Assembly (NCBI GenBank): GCA_963843575.1
Contig: CAWJKZ010000013.1
Coordinates: forward strand, 352,001-416,000
DNA length: 64,000 bases
DNA from: an uncultured Acidobacteriota bacterium
GTDB taxonomy: Bacteria; Acidobacteriota; UBA6911
Direction: 5' to 3'
Under the pieces are notes generated by a model. The model saw only the letters and a program-made list of their open reading frames with translations. It had not been told where the DNA came from and ran no database searches. The translations under genes and the position numbers were made by a program. Positions 57,191 to 64,000 of the stretch are shown here, piece after piece (the first letter of the stretch is position 1; the number at the start of each line of letters is the position of its first letter).

Positions 57191-58090
57191 ATGCGAACGC
57201 GGCGAACACCTCACGGTCGACTGTCGAGCATCCTGCTCTGGACAACTGCCGTTCACATGACGATAGGGCTGGGCGTCCTCCTCGCCTGGATTCGATTCCA
57301 GGATGACAGGTTGCTGCATTATTACTTCAATTACCTGGGGGCACTGTTCTTCGTTGGTGTCGGGACGACGGACCTGGCCTTGTGCTGGAAGGCTTTTCGG
57401 CGATTCTCGACCGGCGAACCACTGCGCACGGCGTGGCTGCTCATCACGCTTGCTTCGGCCCACCGCCTCGTCGGATTACTTTTTTCCGAGGTGCTCAGCG
57501 TCCAGTCCCTCCTGAACCCGGGCCTCCTGTTCGCGAGTTCCTGGGACCCGGACGTCGCCGTCACGTTCCGCCAGTTCGGCTTGTTCGCCAGCGGCCCGGT
57601 GCAAATGGTCCTCCTGGCATGCGGACTCCTGATCGTGATCGGCATCTACCGGAAACTCGGGATGCTTCCCCGGTTTAAGGTGGTGGATTATGTTCTGCTG
57701 GCGGGCGTTTTTGCATTTACCGCCCGCGAAATCGGAATGGCGGTCTGGATGGTGCGGACGGGCGTGCCCGAGAGCACGTTCAAGGTCCTGAACTGGGCAA
57801 GCGACCCGCTCCTGTGCGTACTGCTGTTCGAAGCGGTACTCGTGCGCCGGGCCGTCCTCAACATGGGTTGGGGACTGATCGCGGAGTGCTGGGGCGCCCT
57901 GATGATCGCGATCGTCATCACCTCCATCGGCGATATGGGGATCTGGGCCACCGCTAACGGCTACCTCCCATGGCCGTTCAATGCGATTGCGTGGTTTGTC
58001 TGGTACCCCGCCAGCACTGCCTTCGCGCTCGCCCCCGCATACCAACTCGAAGCCATCCAACTCGCCCGTAACTCCCGCCCGACACCCTGA
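57191..58090 (+). CDS. Multi-pass membrane protein (MASE-like sensor candidate)
   Basis: 299 aa, almost entirely hydrophobic helices, starting 4 nt after the anti-sigma stop; no cytoplasmic output domain. Confidence 0.75.
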   Translation: MRTRRTPHGRLSSILLWTTAVHMTIGLGVLLAWIRFQDDRLLHYYFNYLGALFFVGVGTTDLALCWKAFRRFSTGEPLRTAWLLITLASAHRLVGLLFSEVLSVQSLLNPGLLFASSWDPDVAVTFRQFGLFASGPVQMVLLACGLLIVIGIYRKLGMLPRFKVVDYVLLAGVFAFTAREIGMAVWMVRTGVPESTFKVLNWASDPLLCVLLFEAVLVRRAVLNMGWGLIAECWGALMIAIVITSIGDMGIWATANGYLPWPFNAIAWFVWYPASTAFALAPAYQLEAIQLARNSRPTP

Positions 58091-58409
58091 GTGGGACCTT
58101 TTTGGCTCTACCCTGAAAAGCCCGGTGCGAATCTGACGACCCATCGATCAACCTGGGCTCGGCCTCTGTCGCGGCAAGCATTCGGAATGAAGGCCAGCCC
58201 AAACCGTTCGACATGAAAGCCTGCCTGGCCCTGGAGCAAGTGGTTTAGCACTCAGGCTACCGCATGGATCCATCCCGACAGTCGAAGGTCGATCGATTGC
58301 CTGCACCTGTCCTCGGCAAAATAGTCTGTTCAGAAGCTGTGCCGAATCGGCATCACCGGGGCTCTTTGAGCGTCGGGCGGGGGCCCGAAGCCTGATCTGG
58401 ATTTTCCGT

Positions 58410-58447
58410 GTAAGCAAAACTCCTCTCGTCGCCGTCTTACAGGTGTC
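58410..58447 (+). promoter_or_regulatory. Putative ECF sigma promoter of the tadE-tadE-tadG operon
   Basis: GTAAGCA...TCGCCGTCTTACAGGTGTC; the 19-bp block is identical to 55804-55822 on the other strand; GTAAG-N18-CGTC. Confidence 0.75.
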
Positions 58448-58546
58448 AGTTCCCCAAAACAGATGAACGTCCCTTCGAGACGGGGATGCTGTCCAGTCTG
58501 AGTGCGAGTTTTCGGTGCAGGGGTAATCCTGACCGCCGAGGGCCAT

Positions 58547-59020
58547 ATGAACAAATCACGGTGGAAGTCCTCGAAAGGACAGGCGCTGGTCGAAACTGCT
58601 TTCGTTCTGATCACCCTGCTGCTCTTCACATTTTCGGTGCTGGACTTCTCGCTTATCTTTTATGTCCATCAATCACTCGAGAACGGTATCAACCAGGCCA
58701 CGCGGTACGCCACGACGGGGCAAAGAAAGCAGATCATTGACCCGATAACAGGACTTCCTGTCACGCTGGACCGGGCGGCGTCCATAAAGAAGGCCATGCA
58801 GGAGGCTACCGTCATCGACCTGAGCACGGCCCAGTATACATTCACAAACATCAGCAACCCTGCAGGCGACCCGACGGGCGGCCCCGGAGACATCATCCGG
58901 GTAAAAGTCACGTATGATTGGCCGATTTGCACCCCGTTGATCAGGCCGCTTTTCCCCAGCGGCAAGGTGACTCTGACAGTCGCTTCCGCCGTAAAGAACG
59001 AACCGTTTCCCACATCGTAG
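58547..59020 (+). CDS. TadE-family pseudopilin
   Basis: KG|QALVETAFV, ATRYA, GDIIRVKVTY.W..TP. Confidence 0.9.
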   Translation: MNKSRWKSSKGQALVETAFVLITLLLFTFSVLDFSLIFYVHQSLENGINQATRYATTGQRKQIIDPITGLPVTLDRAASIKKAMQEATVIDLSTAQYTFTNISNPAGDPTGGPGDIIRVKVTYDWPICTPLIRPLFPSGKVTLTVASAVKNEPFPTS

Positions 59021-59030
59021 AGCGGCCTTC

Positions 59031-59681
59031 ATGTTCGACAGCTCCAGAAACACATTGATGGGCACGACTAATGTCTTCATGAAAACACGAATGTCGTGGA
59101 ACTGTGCTGAAACCCTGCGGGCGTCGGCCGGTCAGACACTCGTTGAGTTTGCCCTGATGCTGCCGCTTTTCCTGCTGATAATCCTCGGTGTAATCGAGAT
59201 GTCGTTCGCCCTCTACAACCAGAACCTGCTCATCAAGCTGTCACGGGAGGGGGCGAACCTGATCTCCCGGGACACCTCGCTGCAGGACGCCGCGACGGCA
59301 ATGTCGTCCATTGCCACTTCACCGGTTGATTTCAGCAGTGCTAGATCGAGGCTGATTTTTTCGGTGATCCGCCAAGGGACTCGGGGAAGCAATGCAGGGA
59401 GACCTATCCTTTACCAACGCCTGGCAATCGGCAGCTTGAGCGCTGGAAGTGCGCTTGCCACTCAAGGGGCCGGCACCTTCGGAGGGCCCCCCAATTACGT
59501 CGCGATTAACCCCGACGACGACGCCAATCTACGGATTACCAATCTGCCAGCCAACGTGGTCCTCCAGAGCAACGGGCTGATCTTTCTGGCCGAAGTCTAT
59601 AACAGCTATACGCCCATCAGCCCTTTCCAGAATATCGCATTCCGGATGCCTGACAGGTTATACGCGAGTGCGTATTTCTAA
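59031..59681 (+). CDS. TadE/TadF-family pseudopilin (start uncertain)
   Basis: AG|QTLVEFALMLP, SREGANL, AEVY..YTPI. Confidence 0.88.
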   Translation: MFDSSRNTLMGTTNVFMKTRMSWNCAETLRASAGQTLVEFALMLPLFLLIILGVIEMSFALYNQNLLIKLSREGANLISRDTSLQDAATAMSSIATSPVDFSSARSRLIFSVIRQGTRGSNAGRPILYQRLAIGSLSAGSALATQGAGTFGGPPNYVAINPDDDANLRITNLPANVVLQSNGLIFLAEVYNSYTPISPFQNIAFRMPDRLYASAYF

Positions 59682-59747
59682 ACCGGGCGCCGATAAGAGG
59701 GTCTAGACGATTTTCTAAAGCTTACGAGGACCAAAGGGCGGCGCAAG

Positions 59748-61169
59748 ATGAGGGTGAAAAAACGTCCGGGAACATGCATGGGGGATGAGCACGGAATCGC
59801 GATTCTGTATGTGGCCGCATCGCTTGTCCTAATGTTGATCTTTGCCGGACTCGCCATCGACCTCGGTTGCGGCTACGTGCTAAAAGGCCAGCTCTCAAAG
59901 GCCGTGGATGGTGCGGCACTGGCCGCGGCACGCACGCTGGGCAGTGGGGATCCGCGAACCGAGGCGGCGCGCATCTTCCGCGCCAATATCCCGGCCCACT
60001 ATATGGGCACCACATCGATGACCGACCCCGACACAGACCTGGGTTTTTTCCAGTCCCGCTATGATGCGGCCAGTGGGGCCAACATCATCACGGTCAGCGC
60101 CAGTGCGGTGCTGCCCACCAGCTTTATGCGCCTCGCAAACCACAACGAACTGAACGTTGTGGCTTCGGGCGAAGCCACCAGGCGGCTGGTTGACCTCGCG
60201 CTGGTTCTCGACACATCCAGTTCGCTGGGAGCAGGATGGCCTGACGTCCGCGATGCGGCACGCACTTTCGTGAATTCATTCTCACCGTCGGACCGGCTTT
60301 CGCTAATCCTCTACAGCAATGGCGCACGCGTGATCGTCCCCATGCCTCCAGACCGCAGCAGCGACCCCGCATCGCTCGCCGCCCAGATTCCGCAAAACAA
60401 CCCGGGCGGGAGCACTGCGATGGATGAAGGATTGTACCGCGGCTGGGACGAGATGCGCACCGTGCCGCGCAACCAGCAGTCAGGATTGCGCGTCATTGTG
60501 CTATTCACGGACGGCTGCAGCAACAGCGTTCCAGGCCTCTACCGCGTCAACGGGATTCCGCTGGGACGAGCGACAGGCCTCAGGACCTATGATTTCCCCG
60601 ATCGCCCGAACGATAACGGCCAGACATGGGACGACCCAACAATTGAAGGGCTCTTCGACACCCAGAGCGGAGCACAGAACCCCAGCTACCAGCTGAGGAC
60701 GACGCGGTGGAATTCGACCGAAACCATAGCCGCTGTCCCGTCCCTGCCCGCCACGAGTTATCACCCGAACCATCGCAGCATGGGCATCCCGGAAGCGTTT
60801 CCCCTGTACGATGCCGCGCTGCCTGGTCAGCGCCCCCCGCGGGCCCCCGCCTCCCGTGCTGATGTGTGGAACATCAACAACGCGGCCCGGAATCTGCTGG
60901 AGATCATCGCCGCGCAGATCCGGGCGGACGACGACGGGAGTTACCCGATCCGGATCTACACAATCGGGATGGGGGTACTGGTGAAAATGCAGCTCGGGAC
61001 AAAGCCGGAACTCTCGGAGGATATGCTCAAGCGCATCTCCAACGACAGGACCTCGCCCGACTACGACAGCGCCCATCCCGACGGTAAGTACTATTATGCG
61101 CAGACTTCGGCGGACGTAGACGCGGCCTTTCAAGCCCTGCGCAGCCAGATCATTCGCTTGAGCAAGTGA
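59748..61169 (+). CDS. TadG-like pilus tip protein with a VWA domain
   Basis: HG|IAILYVA, GLAIDLG, AVDGAALAAA, MIDAS LVLDTSSS, LFTDG, IYTIG. Confidence 0.9.
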   Translation: MRVKKRPGTCMGDEHGIAILYVAASLVLMLIFAGLAIDLGCGYVLKGQLSKAVDGAALAAARTLGSGDPRTEAARIFRANIPAHYMGTTSMTDPDTDLGFFQSRYDAASGANIITVSASAVLPTSFMRLANHNELNVVASGEATRRLVDLALVLDTSSSLGAGWPDVRDAARTFVNSFSPSDRLSLILYSNGARVIVPMPPDRSSDPASLAAQIPQNNPGGSTAMDEGLYRGWDEMRTVPRNQQSGLRVIVLFTDGCSNSVPGLYRVNGIPLGRATGLRTYDFPDRPNDNGQTWDDPTIEGLFDTQSGAQNPSYQLRTTRWNSTETIAAVPSLPATSYHPNHRSMGIPEAFPLYDAALPGQRPPRAPASRADVWNINNAARNLLEIIAAQIRADDDGSYPIRIYTIGMGVLVKMQLGTKPELSEDMLKRISNDRTSPDYDSAHPDGKYYYAQTSADVDAAFQALRSQIIRLSK

Positions 61170-61823
61170 AAGCGCGGTATCGGACGCGGCCGGCTCACAC
61201 GCGATCCGCGCCGATCTACTGCTGCCGGTGCAGGCGCCGCATGTCCTCGAGCTCGTCCATGTGGGGAGAATCGAGCAGGGCCTTCCAATGGAAGCGGCGG
61301 TCAAACGGCTTTAGTGCGACGTCCGCGTCGAACCGGCGCTTGTCGATGGGGCGCACGTCGTCGTAACCCCCGACGGCGCCCCGGTCAAGGAGTAGAGGCA
61401 AGCCGCCACTGCGGCCCCTTCCGGCGGGCCGGTACCGTAGGGGCGGACTGGCGGCCCGCTTCTTGATCGCGGAACCGGTCTGCAACCGCGGGCTCCCCCG
61501 GCACCACTGAATCAGCCACTCACAGCCACCGCCTTTTCGAGCAGACCCCAATTGTGCCCACGGCGCTGAAAGTCAGCCACCCACATTGCCAGTTGTGGGG
61601 TGCCCCGAATTGTAGTCGGCCCTGACGAGTGACCGACCGGCGGCCCGTTACGTCCAATTGGCGCGCTCACTCCCACATCGCCGTATACCGCAAACTGGGA
61701 GTTTCCGACTCACTGGCGCAACTGCTGCGGATTCATGTAGCCAGAGGCCGCACCAGCCGACTATAATCGCTGCAAATCCACTCTCTTCTGATCGCAGTGC
61801 GCCGAAGTGCCAAGGGATTCTCC

Positions 61824-63862
61824 ATGATCGGCAAAACCGTATCGCACTACCGGATCACAGAAAAGCTCGGCTCAGGCGGCATGGGGGAAGTCTACCTGGC
61901 GCACGACACGCAACTCGGACGCAGCGTCGCACTGAAAATACTCCCTCCCGATATGATCGAGGATAAGGAGAGAGTGCAGCGCTTCTTCATGGAAGCTAAA
62001 GCCGCGTCGGCACTCAACCACCCTAATGTCTGCACCATCCATGAGGTTGGCAAGACCGGCGATGGGCTCCTTTTCATCGCAATGGAGAACATCTCCGGCA
62101 AGACCCTCGATTCCGCGATAACCGAACGCGCTCTTACGATACCCGAGATCCTGGACATCGGAGTGCAGCTCGCCGACGCGCTCACCGAGGCGCACGCCAA
62201 AGGCATCACACACCGTGACATAAAGCCCGCCAACATCATGATCACGCCTCGTGGCCAGGTCAAAGTGCTCGATTTCGGACTCGCGAAGCGGCAGGCAGCC
62301 GAAAACGCCGGCCGGAGGAAGCCAGCACCCGGATGGAGACCACTGTTGGCGTGATCCTCGGCACCGTCCAATACATGAGCCCCGAGCAGGCTCTGGGCAA
62401 GAGTATCGACCATCGGACGGACATCTTCAGTCTGGGCGTTGTGCTTTACCAGATGACCACACGCAACCGTCCCTTCTCGGCGCCAGCGCGACAGAAACCA
62501 TCGACCAGATCCTTCATGGACAACCCGCGAAGATAGCGTGTTGCAACAAGGACGTTCCCCAGGAGCTGGAACGGATCATCCGCAAGTGTCTCGAGAAAGA
62601 CCGGGAGCAACGCTACCCATTGGCGAGCGAGCTTCTGACGGAGCTGAAAAACCTGAAGCGTGAATTCGACCCCGGCAACGTAAGCGCTGTGCGCGTCCTG
62701 CCAAAGCCTGGAAGAAGGTTCCGTCGCATGGCGTACTTTACGATCGCCCTGGCGGCAGCCGTCATCGCATGCTGGTCGCTCTATTACTTCCTGGCGCGCA
62801 ACAAGCCGACGGAACCGGGTAATGCCCAGGCCCCGGTACTGCAGCGGGCGCGCCTGAGTACCGGCGGACCTGCATCGGGCAACCAGGAGGCTAACGAATA
62901 CTTTGAAAAGGGCATGATGTTCCTCAGGAAGCAGTTCGACATTCCGCGAAGCCGGCAGATGCTTGAAAGAGCGCTTCAGCTGGATCCGCACTTCGCGGAA
63001 GCCAGGGCTAACCATGCCTTCACCCAGGTGCTGACGATCGACAGCGGGTACTCCAACGACGCCAGCCTGCTTTACCAGGCCGAGGATGAAATCCGGCAGG
63101 CCCTCCAGGATGATCCCCAGTCGGTTGCGGCGCATTCAACCCGTGCGGCCATCCTCCTCTACCAGGGGCGCAAGGAATTGGTCCCAGGCGAGGCTGAGCT
63201 GGCTCTTAAAGCCTACCCGGATGACCTGGATGCCAGGATCTGGCTGATGAATTACCACGAACTCAACGGGGAATACACTGCCGCCCAGAGCCTGGCGATG
63301 CAGGTACTCCAGAGCGATCCCCTGTTTTATCCGGCACGCATGTGTTTGGGGGATTACTTTCGTCAGCAAGGGGACTTTGCGGCTGCCATTCGGGAATTTG
63401 AGAAGTCCTCGAGCAGGATTCACAGAACATTCACGCGCTCGTCAAGCTGACGCGCACGTATGCAGCGGCAGGAGACCTGCGCAACGCTCGCCTTACCCTG
63501 GAGCGCCAGCGCCCGATTGACCGGACCAACTACCAGATTCGCCTCGCATCAGCCCTTCTGCTGGCTCTCGAGCGGCAGCGCAGCCCAGCATTGAAGGAGA
63601 TGGATGAAGAGGTCTTAAGATATGCCGGAATGGTGCCGGATTTGACCTCGCTCGTGGCCGAGTTCTCTACGCGGTTCTGGGAGACGTTCCGAAAGCGTTG
63701 GAATGGCTCGACCGGGCGTTGCGGAGCGGCGATGAGCGCGCTGAGTGGTTGAGCCGCGACCCTCTCTTTGCGAACGTCCGCAGTCAACCTCGCTTCAAGC
63801 AGATTCTGGACTCTATCGCCCTCAGGCGGCAGGTGCGAGCCCAGGCTCGCCACAATAAGTGA
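61824..63862 (+). CDS. Ser/Thr protein kinase with one TM and C-terminal TPRs, about four frameshifts
   Basis: [44 protein letters not shown]; TPR fragments; TATAAT upstream. Confidence 0.9.
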
Positions 63863-64000
63863 ACGGCGTCTCCCGGCGTCGGATACTTATAAACCTGCGA
63901 CTTCACAATATCCCGGGAGAGGGAGAGACGGCTAAGGGCTCGCGCAAGAATAAATTCACATTTTGGCGCGAGCGCCGGGCGGGCAGATGCGAGGCGCCGC

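Noticed and set aside
58090-58546. c-di-GMP riboswitch or small Flp pilin upstream of tadE
   Set aside because: No GEMM-like consensus and no short ORF with a G|xxxxEY motif was found by eye.
61400-61610. Hairpins upstream of the kinase as an ncRNA
   Set aside because: Short imperfect stems are expected by chance at this GC content, and there is no second copy or known motif.
7388-63862. Frameshifts in the ABC ATPase, VWA, both receptors, isomerase and kinase as programmed frameshifting or mass pseudogenisation
   Set aside because: Scattered single-base indels with intact motifs on both sides and no slippery heptamers; long-read error is the simplest explanation, though untested without reads.

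Overview
High-GC bacterial DNA with a gene repertoire typical of Acidobacteria (three VWA-domain proteins, two TonB-dependent/Oar-like receptors, MacB-type ABC permeases, TPR proteins, tricorn protease); the taxon is inferred. Several long genes are split by single-base frameshifts, most simply long-read assembly errors. The left ~48 kb is a mosaic of housekeeping and accessory genes, including two type II toxin-antitoxin modules, an orphan non-pyrrolysine MttB and an MshEN-cNMP-GAF sensor. It is densely populated by at least five families of short palindromic repeats. The commonest family (REP-A, TGGAGTGCGGCG...CGCCGCACTCCA, about 20 loci) sits right after stop codons or right before -10 boxes, supplies several protein termini, and at two loci is associated with ~60-bp direct duplications, one of which brackets a vapBC module. 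A ~324-bp rod-like palindrome follows a probable transposase relic. The right ~13 kb lacks these repeats. It carries a type IV minor-pilin set (FimT/PilV/PilW/PilX-like) and a Tad pseudopilin set (TadE, TadE, TadG-like), arranged around an ECF sigma, a soluble zinc anti-sigma and a multi-TM protein. Both pilin sets are preceded by the same 19-bp ECF-type promoter block. No rRNA, tRNA or CRISPR array was seen.
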